Part shown: positions 12,001-18,435 of the stretch, piece after piece | Position numbering within the stretch: the stretch's first letter is position 1 | Layout: every line of letters starts with the position of its first letter | Source of the DNA: an uncultured Acidobacteriota bacterium | GTDB lineage: Bacteria; Acidobacteriota; Thermoanaerobaculia; Gp7-AA8 | NCBI GenBank assembly: GCA_963822445.1 | Contig: CAWGHO010000003.1 | Span: 1,312,001 to 1,376,000, forward strand | Reading direction: 5' to 3' | DNA: 64,000 bases | Program-made: the position numbers and the translations under genes | Notes under the pieces: model-generated | The model's database searches: none | What the model saw: the letters and a program-made list of their open reading frames with translations, nothing else | What the model was told of the DNA's origin: nothing

Positions 12001-14244
12001 GAGGCCCGGTCCGTTGACGATGGCCAGCGATGCAGCGTTCAGCGCCGCAGGCGCGAAGCCGCTCAGAGTCTTGGTGGCGGCGGTGGCGCCGGTGGTGACG
12101 ATCACATGCCCGTAGAGCGGGGTGATGTCGATGATCTGGTTGCCGTCGGCCTCGTAGATGACGGTGCTGGTCGGATCGGTGATGTGCGTGCCGGCCGGCA
12201 TCGTCGCGCCGATGCGCAGGGTGGTGTTCGCGCCGAGGTTGACCGTGCCGTTGCTGGTGAGGGTGAAGCCGCCGTCGAAGAGCGTGCCGGCGGTGAGGGT
12301 GAGGATCGTCGCGGTGGCGGCGCCGCCGAGCGTGGCCGTGCCTGCGCTCTTGTTGATGGTCAGCGCGTCGTACAGCGTGCCGCGGATGGTCTGGGCATTC
12401 CCGCCGGAGAAGGTGATGTCGTAAGTCGGGGTGATCGTTCCGGAGAAGGCGGTGTTGCTTCCCTCGAGGATGACCAGGCCTCCGGCGCTCTTGGTGATCT
12501 CCCCCGCGCCGATGAGCGAGCCGTCGATGGTGAGGGTGTTGCTGCCGATGTCGAAGACGACCGTGGAATTGTTCTGATCGACTTCGAGCGAGCCGTTGAT
12601 CGAGATCGAACCGCTCGCGGTCTTGGTCACGTTCACCGCCGGCAGTCCGAACGCGGTGATGGTCAGGTTCTCGTAAAGAATGTTGGCGATGGTCTGGTTC
12701 GCACGGGCGTCGTAAGTGATGGTGCTGGTCGGAGAGAGGGCGTAGCTCTGGAAGACCGGCAGGGACGTGCCGTTCCCCGGTTGCGCGCCGGACGTGGTGC
12801 CGATGCGCAGCACCGCCCCGGCATTCATGAGCAGCGTGCCGCTGGTTCCCGGCCCTGTGATCTGGTAACCCTGGTCTTCGAGATAGCCGTCGATGCTGAG
12901 GTTGCCGTTGATGGTGGTGACGCCGCCGAGAAGGCGCGTTTCGAGCGCGCCGGTCGTGGTGAGATGGTGGTAGGTCGTGCCACGAACCGCGACGGGCGTG
13001 CCGGTGTAGTTGACGGTGTTTCCGCCGGCGCTGGCGTTGAAGGTGCCGACGGTGATCTGCCCTTCGACGTTCAGCGTGCCCGTCGAGCCCTGATTCCACG
13101 TGCCGCCCCCGGCGAGACCGGAGGCGTCGGTGAGCGTGATCGTGCCGTTGTTGAGGACCGATCCCGCAACGGTGATCGTGTTGGTGAGGGTCAGCGATTC
13201 GCCGGAGGGGATCTCGCGCGGCGTGCCGGTATCGAAGTACACCGGCGCGTTGATCGTGCCCAGTCCGATGAGCTGCGCGCCGGTGGTGCCGGGGAGGGTG
13301 AGGTCGGCCGTGCCGTTGATCGTTCCGGCGACGGTAGCGGTCCTGGTGACGGTCATGCCGAACGAGGACAGGTCGAGGACGCCCAGAACGGTCAAGTTGT
13401 TGACCGTCACGGAAGCGGTGTCGACGGTGACGGTGTGGCTGCCGTTGATCTGGACGTCGTCGATGCTGGTCGGGACCAGGCCGTTGTTCCAGGTCGACGG
13501 CGAGCTCCAGTTGCCGGAAGCGATGCTGGTGATCGGGCCGTCGGCCTGCGCCGCGAAGTGCGCGGCGATGCGCGCAGGGGAGAGAGCCGTGTTGTAGATC
13601 GCGACTTCATCGACCGCTCCGTTGAGGAAGCGGCCGGGGTTCTGGCCCATCCCGATGCGTACGTCGCCGGCGAGGTCGATGGAGGTGAACGTGCTGGCGT
13701 TCGAGCCGGTCTGCACGCCGTCGACGTAGAGCTTGGAGCCGCCGGTGGTGACGACGAGGACGACGTGATGCCACGCCGCCGGGGAGTCGGGAACGCTGCT
13801 GAGGTTCTGCTGGCTGCCGTCGAGATAGAGCTCGCAGAAACCGGTGCCGGCCTGCAGATGAACGAAGTCGGTCGTGGTGGCCGCGACGATGGCCTGGGTG
13901 CCGTTGGGATTGTCGACGTGGACCCAGGCCTCGATGGTGATCGCCGAGCCGCCGCCCCAGTTGCCGGGAAGCTGGACGTAGCTGGAGCCGCCGTCGAACG
14001 CGGCGGCGGTGGTGGCGCTGCCGAGGGCGCCGGCTGTCAGGATGACGTTGTTGTACGTGCCGTGGAGGCTGTTCCCGGAGATGTCGGTGGCAGTTGCGCC
14101 GGACGCGTCGTCGAGCGGGTAGTAGGCGACCGGGTTGTCGGACAGAACGACGGCGCGGTATTCACCGGAGGCTGCGAAGAGGGGGGTGGTCAGCAGCGCC
14201 GCCGCGACCAGCACAACCAAAGCACGACTGAACACACGGCTCAT
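1..14244 (-). CDS. Giant secreted surface protein/adhesin (>4748 aa, 3' end outside window): signal peptide, 2x LamG, about 7x IPT/TIG, 4 beta-helix modules, 2x DUF11, start of a parallel beta-helix domain
   Basis: ATG at 14244 after GGAGC RBS reads MSRVFSRALVVLVAAALLTTPLFAASGEYRAVVLSDNPVAYYPLDDASG. The same frame reads ...HVIRGLAIYGFAG at positions 39-1. The ORF track lists no stop-terminated ORF in this frame, consistent with a continuous ORF. LamG motifs (ITIEAWV...WHHVVLV...LYVDG...NGAVDEVAIYNTALS) at ~14160-13560 and ~8090-7460. Modules open with GNWS..TW..G.VP caps. DUF11-like ADLAVTK/NNGPS at ~1040-330. Confidence 0.93.
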   Translation of the reverse strand, partial: MSRVFSRALVVLVAAALLTTPLFAASGEYRAVVLSDNPVAYYPLDDASGATATDISGNSLHGTYNNVILTAGALGSATTAAAFDGGSSYVQLPGNWGGGSAITIEAWVHVDNPNGTQAIVAATTTDFVHLQAGTGFCELYLDGSQQNLSSVPDSPAAWHHVVLVVTTGGSKLYVDGVQTGSNASTFTSIDLAGDVRIGMGQNPGRFLNGAVDEVAIYNTALSPARIAAHFAAQADGPITSIASGNWSSPSTWNNGLVPTSIDDVQINGSHTVTVDTASVTVNNLTVLGVLDLSSFGMTVTRTATVAGTINGTADLTLPGTTGAQLIGLGTINAPVYFDTGTPREIPSGESLTLTNTITVAGSVLNNGTITLTDASGLAGGGTWNQGSTGTLNVEGQITVGTFNASAGGNTVNYTGTPVAVRGTTYHHLTTTGALETRLLGGVTTINGNLSIDGYLEDQGYQITGPGTSGTLLMNAGAVLRIGTTSGAQPGNGTSLPVFQSYALSPTSTITYDARANQTIANILYENLTITAFGLPAVNVTKTASGSISINGSLEVDQNNSTVVFDIGSNTLTIDGSLIGAGEITKSAGGLVILEGSNTAFSGTITPTYDITFSGGNAQTIRGTLYDALTINKSAGTATLGGAATATILTLTAGTLFDGGFTLTSNGTVNLGANTTLRIGATMPAGTHITDPTSTVIYEADGNQIIDITPLYGHVIVTTGATAATKTLSGFAPAALNAASLAIVNGPGLATLDLNSRGAVVTGDVTGNGALVLSLGLLEIGGDFLHTGTFVSNSSGVTYNGTGAQIVRGTAYEDLTIDKSSGTATLAGNASVADELFILDGTFNLGSFAIDSQDVVLIDTPGTLELNSGILKIAAYLIIDGAFNGGTTGELWITASSWWGELSGASTAAISIPTLRITGTYGMELDSFAGYDLTVTNLVDLSGGGNIVIESPRKLTVASTGTISRTFGGVQGNLSIAIPAGQMRRFETISDLSGGYAPIEITSASAATINVLVTDVTSTSRVNFLWNLSGDPSTVDLKYYWPNLNWSGDIRTFVPIRDFGTTPTFPAGWVDTTNLFAEVNGVASYATEWGAGIAQQWGATDPSVASFTPTIGATGTAVTLYGSNFTGATDVKFNGVSDPGFGISGDTEIYATVPAGATTGTISVTASTIGTSFKSFTVALPQTIQTQSPGNWSSTATWQGGVVPNAWDNVVVNHDVTVDVSATINDIQLNANLWGSLDLTVDGTMAWNSGTISAGLTISNGSILNIATAVTHTIEFSPLVNDGTINLNAASLHLSNGASLNNDGTININGDFDLMWNGAGAIVQIDNNDSGIIKKIAGAGLSSLGGGAELNNIGFISGESGTLNITSDITTAGFIIGSATSGRRISANPAASQTFQVLNGATMQFSTGGTFETGTDFTGTGTILINSAVELKGSISASATIFRIDAIANITWTTATFTGNLEWKDATFIGNTLQTPPGTVITTISGGTVKIADGLAWQNNGTLELQGAAVHFTNGSSMDIGGLVDIQDDRDFRWDGVGLVASIDNSGTILKSGGSLPMSLGGGATLSGSGTIQSDSGIIEITSPITSDGTFNAAAGATVRFSNGATFLTGASFIGNGTHDVNSAASFAGNIAAPTTGVLMLRGANTMTFNGVTLTGILTWKEASIAGSGLTIDSGATLNAVAGTQTPKVDGGTITIAGSMNAGTTVGFRNGGSFSLAGALASLAITGDHDFGYDGTGGAGTFGLSGLFGKTGGTGTSNVHCGGVCTNTATGTIGAATGILAFPSGLTSNGTLKFPINGPTPLTDFGRIAVTGTVTLSGTSTPEVNIGYVPDGGTAFQVLTFGGRSGDFITKNYTFAGTRTLAETYNANDLTLTASGPTITTLSPMSGGLTGGTAVTITGTGFTGTTPGENFTGTVKFDTTFATPVLWQSATELTATSPAHAAGAVNVTVTNANTEAHTKLNAFTYNASSPTITALSVTSGTVNGGTYTEISGTNLSSVTQVQFGASNATILSTSPILKVRTPAGAGTVNVTVTNPDGSDTLTSAFSYAAALCDITTSGVVSWFRGEGDATDGAGGTNGTNNGGYAAGRVGQAFALNGTQHVSVPDSVWSRPAPNVTIEGWVKFNSVPVGNYAMLFGKTAGTGTFESYGVSYKDNLLYFGVGGPGGITYKTTAFTPSTGVWYHVALTFDDAANDIRLYVDGQLALSAAELASIAYDTHPLTIGAEYENESLAYFFNGSIDEVSVYNRALSAAEVLAIYDADDAGKCYPAAPTVLSINPTSGTTAGGTGVTIAGSSMSGASVTVGNPISIGTNTQSQITATTVATASGTYNVDVTTAAGTGSLTNGFAFIAATTYTSVTNGAWNNPATWGAGSFPQSYDSAVINHDVALDSNRSVTNVTFNGSGTRLSGAFTLTVTGGMTWNGGDLGAALVLDTGSISTITGATTRYSAGGITNNGTVTFDMTGTYTQHTSNFTNNGTFNLQSDATWLRFNSTSFLNTATATFNKTLATGTSTWQGTFSNAGTMNLGAGTLNFTETFGNTNLVNVTAGTLKLSGSGSSSGTFATGAGTGIVEYSAGSHTFSGAFTGSGKLRGSGATVTVSGTASNVELTAGTMTGTSAFAINDSLQWTAGDFVSDALTLASTCTTTISGASPRVVATVVNNGTINFDVTGAFTLNTGNFTNNGTFNLQSNATWLRFNAPIFTNASGGNFNKTTAAGTSTWQGTFVNDGTMTLGAGTLTFSESFSNNNLVTVNSGTLNLNGSGTSTGTFDTVAGTVVAYNAGSHTFGGLQSSGGKLQVTGGTVSANGAAANNLELTGGTINGTALTVDTTFLWSGGDFTGGGVLILGGGCTTTITGANNRAMERVATNDGIVNFDMTGSFTLQTGSITNNAIFNLLSNATWLRFNATTFTNATGANFNKTTGTGSSTWQGTFVNDGTMTLGAGTLTFSESFSNNNQVTINSGALNLNGSGTSSGTFTTAAGTAVAYNAGGSTFNATQTGLGSLQVSGATVTTSGTATVANLDFSSGTMNGAGTMSVSDTFNWTGGSTSGAGTMTLGLLCATTISGSSPLVMERILNNQGSIVYTSTGGLTFQTGNFNNSGTVDLQVDGTWSRFNPSWVMNTGTIKKTAGAGTFTMGVNSDNSGGIVDVESGAINYTQSIAGNASSHYKFGVSSATTAGTMTFTGTPNIGGAQLTAYVVGPFVPQGGQTWSVMSPVSGTFGTTSTSFGAGRSFGVSYPGSSSVLLTASGPTITSLTPNSGTEFGGTSVVIVGTGFAATPTVTFDGVVASVTFNSPTQITATTPAFGGTAPAAIDVVVTNPDGQPATSVGGFTYLATSGPTVSALRPNNANVAGGTTIYIDGTALDTVTSIVFDSTPATIVNQTATLLEVIAPAHAAGNIVVSVTNPAGSANGAFAYNDNWDVARDFSRTVNPTGPWSYGWSATRGSAFNLFTTSTTHGSGYDYWYVGAAPTAFHNPTASPITHSGDVTVPAGTFGGHSGAAGENSVVRWTAPAAGQWQISGAFTGVDQAPTTTDVAVLIGGIEQFSGNVTAYNVPQSFVLRRSLNLGDVVELTVGYGNGNYLDDSTGIAATITPLTGPVVTVTGIAPAIGSPAGGQSVTISGTNFHAGAGVTFDGVAATSITVVNTSTITATTPAHAAGTVDVVVTHPDSADATLTNGYVYSADPHWLNPVSGNWNTAANWSTGVVPTSAQTAYLDATGTYTVTMSGINQTVTGVHVGAGATLSVGSATLILTGPSTIAATGALSVTGTLRFEPGASLTNNGTLTLAGATVATPAGIGSTLTNNATFNITGNVSFGSFNTSGSVGVTINNTGTGTITKSAGAGTTGFDVNWALNNSGALTVTDGTLRLDGSGNTNTGPITITSPGIFEVGTGSFSSTAGSLSGTGTFRSAGGTSTISSTYNVGTAITAGTLTFDTAATTALLTASGGTIAGTGSLTLAGTTHTWTGSTVVQTALTINPGNTLTMSGGAFVFDTGSNLTNNGTFNVTGGGFNSRASIGATWLNPGVVNLSNDVQFGSWNTSGAVGTTIVNSGNINKTAGAATSTLDSTWAVSNGATGTIAITSGILRLEGSGSTNAGAITVTSPGGFEVAGGSFANTTGSIAGSGSFRMTGGTATIANTYAPGATLVSAGNVFFNTAATTNLLTVTGGTISGSGGLTLAGPSPSHTWAGSAELRTSLTIDPGNTLTLSSGAINFETGSNLTNNGVVNVTGGSLNSRASIGAIFANGGTFTLAGDIPFGSYNTSGAVGVTINNSGTLNKTVGTGASAFDTNWVVNNTGTIDIISGTLQFAQNYTQTGTGALTLKLAGTGAGQFSRLTTSAQANLAGTLNINYGIGYTPANADTYQILSFGSRSGDFTTKNGLTFTGGTLNYGLNPTNITLTASAAAALSITKTAAANVAANEVFTYTITVVNAGPDPGSNVSVTDVMQAGMVPSNLSAPSFTCTGTTTLTCTAATLAAGTHTITFDVTAPSAPQAISNVANMTASNDSSGGDNTSTAVTNVGAAQADLAVTKSAAVGTVALGGTVTWNLNVLNNGPSPATSVVITDTLPAGQTVTGATPSTGSCNTVGSVVTCNVGTIGVGNTVTVAINATANEGGTRTNSVAASATEADPNNANDVGTATVTITGDNTLVVTNSNASGTGSLFQAMLDADAGVCPSPCTITFNIATLTPIAGPLPVADVLNLTIDGTTQPGYNATTRVPLIEIDGTSANPGSSGLNVDGDSHVIRGLAIYGFAG
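5400..6900 (-). repeat. Three internal ~620-bp (~207 aa) repeats within the giant gene
   Basis: Near-identical blocks (gttgaagcgcagccaggt; gagcgtgcccgcgccgag) recur at offsets ~5401, ~6022 and ~6640. A second set with ~666-bp period lies at ~1490, ~2150 and ~2810. Confidence 0.8.
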
Positions 14245-14499
14245 TCATCAGCTCCGAACGGCGCGGAGACAGCTCTCCACGCGAGGCAGATTGTTCACAC
14301 CGGGGGATTGGACCTTCGCACGCACGCGGACCCACGCGTGCACACGGAAAACTCTCTCTGGTAATGCGTGCCGGCGATTCTACCACCGGTTATTTGTGGA
14401 AACTATGGCCCTGAGGATAGGGCAAGGCGGGCGGGAGGCTGGTGAGGGGGATCACCAGGGACGCGAGTCACGCCGCGATGGCGGATGTCTCTCTCTGAT

Positions 14500-15196
14500 T
14501 CACTTCAGCCTGTAATTGATGGTGAGGCAGAAAGTCGATTCCACCGCTGCGCCATCCACCATCGCAGGCTTGAACCGCCATCGACGGAGGGCCTCGAGCG
14601 CGGCGTACGCCAACGGCGTGGGCAATGGCTTCACGACCCGCGGTTCGGTCACGCTGCCGTCCGCGCCGATCTTGGCCGCAACGATCAGAAGCCCCTGATT
14701 GCCAAAAGCGACCGCACCTCGGGGGTAACTCGGCTCGGCCGTGGAGATGACGGCGGGCGGAGTGGTTGCTTCCGACGGCGGTCGAGGGCACTTCTCCGGG
14801 TTGGGCGAGGGGAGGATGTTGTTCTTGAGAATGACGCCGGGCTCGCCGAACGCGGACAGATCGCTTTCCGCGCTCTTCGGGAAGAGGGTCTGGGCCATGT
14901 GCCAATGCCACAGCCCGGCCGCGCGATCTCCGCTACCGACTTCGGCCAGCGCCGTCTGGATCAGCGGGACGACCAGGACGTAGGTCGTCTCATCGCTGGG
15001 ACCGAGCGCATCGAGCATCTCCGCATTCAGCTTCTTGAATGGGGAGCGCCTCGCGGTACGAGCCCTTCTTGAGGAGGATCGAAGTCTTCTCGAGCCGCTT
15101 CGTCCATTCCTGCGCGCGCCATTTCGGGAGCGCGGCGGCGGCGTCGAGCGCGAGCAGAGAGGCGATGAGCCAGGGGAGCGATCGCTTCTTAGTCAC
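14500..15196 (-). CDS. TonB C-terminal domain protein with N-terminal signal/TM; one frameshift near 15040
   Basis: GTG 15196 reads VTKKRSLPWLIASLLAL...REALPI, then a frame change gives KKLNAEMLDALG...EPSYPRGA...KIGADGSVTEPRVVK...AALEALRRWRFKPAMVDG (TonB_C signature). Confidence 0.75.
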
Positions 15197-15261
15197 GGCA
15201 CAGCATTCGTGCAACACCGCAGCCACTCGGATCACGTTCAACCCGCTATTAGACTTGCCGC

Positions 15262-16371
15262 GTGAACCGGACCACGGCACTCCTGCTCGAGAAATGGGCG
15301 ATCTGGATCTCCCTGATCGGCATCCTCTTTCTTCTCCGCCATCTGTTCCCGATCTTCTTCCTTACGTTCGTGCTCTCGTACATGGGCAATACGGCCGTGA
15401 ATGCGCTTTCGAAACGCTTCCCGCGCCGCAGACTGAACGTGGTCCTGGTTTACGCGACGTTTCTGGCGGTGCTCGCCGGCGTGACCGTGCTGGTCGTGCC
15501 CAGGATGCTCAACGAGGCCAGGGGGCTGGCGCGGCAATACATCGCTGCCGAGGCGGCTCGGGAGGAGGGTGGGGAGACATTCATCCGCCGGGAAGCGCGC
15601 GACCTCGTGGATTCGGTCGGTCTGGGCATCGCCGGTACGGAGACGTTTCAGGATTTCAGGCAGTCCGACGCGTACGTGGCCATCGTCGACCGGCTCGCGG
15701 AGGCGATGACGACGACCAGCCGCCGGATCACTGTCGAGGTCACGCAATTTGCGAACGTCGCGCTGATCCTGGCCTTTCAATTCGTCCTGGCGATGATCCT
15801 GTCGTTCGTGCTGATCTGGGACCTGCCGAAGATGAAGGAACGGCTCCGGCAGTTCTCGAAAGGCCGGACCGCTGAAATTTACGCCGAGATCACTCCCAGC
15901 CTCAGCGCGTTCGGAACGATGCTCGGCCGCGCGTTCGAGGCCCAGAGTGTAGTGGCCGTGGTCAACGCGATTCTCTCCGTAATCGTGTTCCTTCTCCTCG
16001 GCCTCCCCTCAATCGCGCTCCTGGCCATGATCGTGTTCGTCTGTTCGTACATCCCGGTCATGGGCATGATCCTGTCGACGCTGCCGGCAGCGTTTCTCGC
16101 ATTGAAGATAGGCGGCGTGACCCGTGTGCTGTGGCTCGTCGCCGGCATCCTGATCATTCACGCGATCGAGGCGTACATGCTCAATCCGCTGATCTATGGA
16201 CGGCACCTGCGGCTGCATCCGGTGGCCGTTTTGCTGATCCTGATCATTGCCGAACACCTTTTCGGCGTATGGGGACTGCTCCTGGGCGTTCCCATCGCGG
16301 CGTTTGTGGTGAAGTACGTGATCGAGGGGCAGCCGATCGGGCCTGCGGCGGAAGGTTCGGTAGCGGCCTAG
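15262..16371 (+). CDS. AI-2E family transporter
   Basis: Multi-TM 369 aa protein with SYIPVMG, IEAYMLNPLIYGRHLRLHP and FGVWGLLLGVP motifs. Confidence 0.9.
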   Translation: MNRTTALLLEKWAIWISLIGILFLLRHLFPIFFLTFVLSYMGNTAVNALSKRFPRRRLNVVLVYATFLAVLAGVTVLVVPRMLNEARGLARQYIAAEAAREEGGETFIRREARDLVDSVGLGIAGTETFQDFRQSDAYVAIVDRLAEAMTTTSRRITVEVTQFANVALILAFQFVLAMILSFVLIWDLPKMKERLRQFSKGRTAEIYAEITPSLSAFGTMLGRAFEAQSVVAVVNAILSVIVFLLLGLPSIALLAMIVFVCSYIPVMGMILSTLPAAFLALKIGGVTRVLWLVAGILIIHAIEAYMLNPLIYGRHLRLHPVAVLLILIIAEHLFGVWGLLLGVPIAAFVVKYVIEGQPIGPAAEGSVAA

Positions 16372-16425
16372 GTTTTCGCTCGGTCGCGGTCACAGAAATG
16401 AGAGCTCTTTTAGTCGGTGTCTCCG
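16318..16425. repeat. Direct repeat copy 1 (108 bp): convergent 3' ends of the AI-2E and archaemetzincin genes
   Basis: gtgatcgaggggcagccgatcggg...tagtcggtgtctccg matches 18328-18435 with scattered substitutions. Confidence 0.95.
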
Positions 16426-17625
16426 TTAGCGTTTCTTAGCGTGCTCCTCGAGGTCTTCCAATGTGCCCTTGAAGGTGAATGTGATTGTCGATCCACCGTC
16501 CTTGACCTCCTGCTCGAGCGACACACGCGACCAGCCGTGAGGAAGTTGCTCGAACTTCGTCAGCCAGAGAGGGTAGGAACCGAACGTGTCGTCGAAGTTC
16601 GCGTTCCACGAATCAGTCGTCACGTAAATGAACGGACGCTTTCCGGTGAGCTGCCGGATTCGGTCGAGGTATCGATGCAAGCGGGCACTGAGGTCTTTCG
16701 TTGGTTGATTGCCGCTTTGAAGCGGCGATACGTTCACTCCTAACAGCACGTCGTACTCCGACGGTTTGACAGTCTGGATGAATCGGTCCGCTTGTGCTAT
16801 CGGATCGCGTATGTCGTATAACACCTGATAGGCTCCGCCAATCAGATTTCGAGAGCGCACTTCCTCCCGCATTCGCGAAAACTCCGGTTGATCGGCATCG
16901 ACGAAGGCGAAGGACACATCTCGTAGCTCCGGATTGGCCCAATCACGGTTCTTCATATATCCGACGTCGACTCCCACGGGGTTGATTGTCGACACCAGTG
17001 GTGGCGACGGTGAAGGCGCGCGTCCGGTATTGGACGTATCGGTCCCTACATCGGCGCCCACCCATTTCTTCGTGGCCATGAAGACCAAGGCCAGCGCCAG
17101 CATCACCGCGAGAGCTGCAAAGACGGTCCGTTGCGTGAACAGCGGCGACGGGTTCCGCTTCTTCCGTCGCACGATCTCCTTACGGATTGACTTGGCGAGA
17201 TGCTCATAATCGGCACGCCAGTGACGGTCCGTCATCTCCATCATCTGCCGGCCCAGGAACGACTTTAACTCGCCCGGCAGAACTGCGGCACTTGGCAACG
17301 TGGCGTCGTTGACGAGCACTGGAATGATCCGCACGTCGCGTTCGAGCGCGCTGGAGATCTCGCGGCGCACGATATCCTCCGGATCGGCCAGCCGAGCCGG
17401 CCGCCAGTTGGTACCGATCATGACTATGAGCGCCGCACACGATTCGAGCCGCTCATCGATGACCTGCTTCCAGTCGTCCCCTGCGTCAATGCCACCGCCG
17501 CGGTCGAAGAACACGTTGTCTTCGCCGAAGTCATTGCACAAGGCGTCGTTCAATCGCCCGGCGTACGCTCCAGTATCGTCGCGTCGATAGCAGATGAAGA
17601 TTTGCCGGGCCGGTCTAGCTCGCAT
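16426..17625 (-). CDS. TIR_2 domain - TM helix - degenerate GH25 (lysozyme-like) domain fusion
   Basis: IFICYRRDD...VFFD...DIVRREISSALERDVRIIPVLV (TIR); TM VFAALAVMLALALVFMA; GVDVGY...DW...FAFV...IGGAY...QADRF...TGKRPFIY...YPLWL (GH25). Probable ATG 17625 lies inside track ORF 16426..17829. Confidence 0.85.
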   Translation of the reverse strand: MRARPARQIFICYRRDDTGAYAGRLNDALCNDFGEDNVFFDRGGGIDAGDDWKQVIDERLESCAALIVMIGTNWRPARLADPEDIVRREISSALERDVRIIPVLVNDATLPSAAVLPGELKSFLGRQMMEMTDRHWRADYEHLAKSIRKEIVRRKKRNPSPLFTQRTVFAALAVMLALALVFMATKKWVGADVGTDTSNTGRAPSPSPPLVSTINPVGVDVGYMKNRDWANPELRDVSFAFVDADQPEFSRMREEVRSRNLIGGAYQVLYDIRDPIAQADRFIQTVKPSEYDVLLGVNVSPLQSGNQPTKDLSARLHRYLDRIRQLTGKRPFIYVTTDSWNANFDDTFGSYPLWLTKFEQLPHGWSRVSLEQEVKDGGSTITFTFKGTLEDLEEHAKKR

Positions 17626-17702
17626 CAGGGTTTCGGTTCGACGTTTACCACATTGTCGATCGGAATCACAGTTCAGGGAACCTGCGGAGGACGATCGGGC
17701 CG

Positions 17703-17770
17703 ACGGATGATGTAGGCGCTTTAGCGCCGCACCGAAGCCGAGCCGCGACGCCTTCTGGCAGTAGTTGAGC
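17703..17770 (+). mobile_element. Truncated right arm of the attC-like element
   Basis: Small hairpin GGCGCTTTAGCGCC, then accgaagccg...CTTCTGGCAGTA-GTTGAGC, matching the 3' ends of the full copies. Confidence 0.6.
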
Positions 17771-17907
17771 GCCGGCCGAACGGAACCACTTCTTCGTGGC
17801 CTCAGCGAGTTCCGGTCGGCGGGGCTCAAGCGTCACGACGATCGGGATGCTCACTTTCCTTCTCGCGCAGGTACTTGCACAAAGCCGCCAGGGCCACCAA
17901 GAAATAG

Positions 17908-18282
17908 TCAAGGCTCGAAATCAGGGTCACCCAGTTCAATGTAGCGGCGGAAGCGTCCGTCTACAAAGATAATCTCGCAGTCGAAGCTGTCCGTCACACC
18001 CGATGGGTCAAGGCAGGCCTGCAGCGTGGTGGGAGTCTTATCGCTACCGAGGCTGACCAATTAGTAGCTTCGACCTTTCGTCGTGACGACGTATGGGGTA
18101 CCCCACGGATCCTCGATTGGAAGAGCTGTACCGAGCAATCTATTCGCGTGCGCCACGCCCGAGAGCGTCGGATACCCATTTACTGTCGACAGAACTGCCG
18201 CCTTCCAGGACCGTCGTCGAACGAGCACGTAACCAGCCACCGCAGGAATGATCACGAGCGCTATCAAGACCGCGAAAATCAA
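17908..18282 (-). pseudogene. T2SS GspG/pseudopilin-like gene interrupted by an in-frame stop
   Basis: N-terminal TM, then LPIEDPWGTPY...RSY*LVSLGSD...FDCEIIFVDGRF. TAA at 18061-18063 interrupts; the frame continues to TGA at 17908. Confidence 0.6.
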
Positions 18283-18327
18283 AGGATATGTGATGGCCGA
18301 ATATTAGCGTGGCGTACCGGTCTGGCA

Positions 18328-18435
18328 GTGATCGAGGGCCAGCCGATTGGGCCTGCAGCGGAAGGTTCGGTACCTGCCTAGGTTTTCACTCGCTCGCGGT
18401 TACAGAAATGAGAGCTCTTGTAGTCGGTGTCTCCG
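18328..18435. repeat. Direct repeat copy 2 (108 bp)
   Basis: gtgatcgagggccagccgattggg...tagtcggtgtctccg; supplies the intact 3' end of the archaemetzincin gene. Confidence 0.95.

Noticed and set aside
37-14364. Long plus-strand ORFs (e.g. 4759..8208, 1149 aa; 8377..10365; 11890..14364) and His/Arg-rich minus-strand ORFs
   Set aside because: Shadow frames of the giant minus-strand gene caused by GC-rich codon bias; no recognisable domains.
14245-14470. Possible riboswitch (e.g. c-di-GMP) in the leader of the giant gene
   Set aside because: Hairpins and a TGnTAGAAT extended -10 are present, but I found no conserved riboswitch motif.
15030-15050. Programmed frameshift or phase variation in the TonB_C gene
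   Set aside because: No slippery heptamer or long homopolymer; a sequencing indel or simple mutation is more parsimonious.
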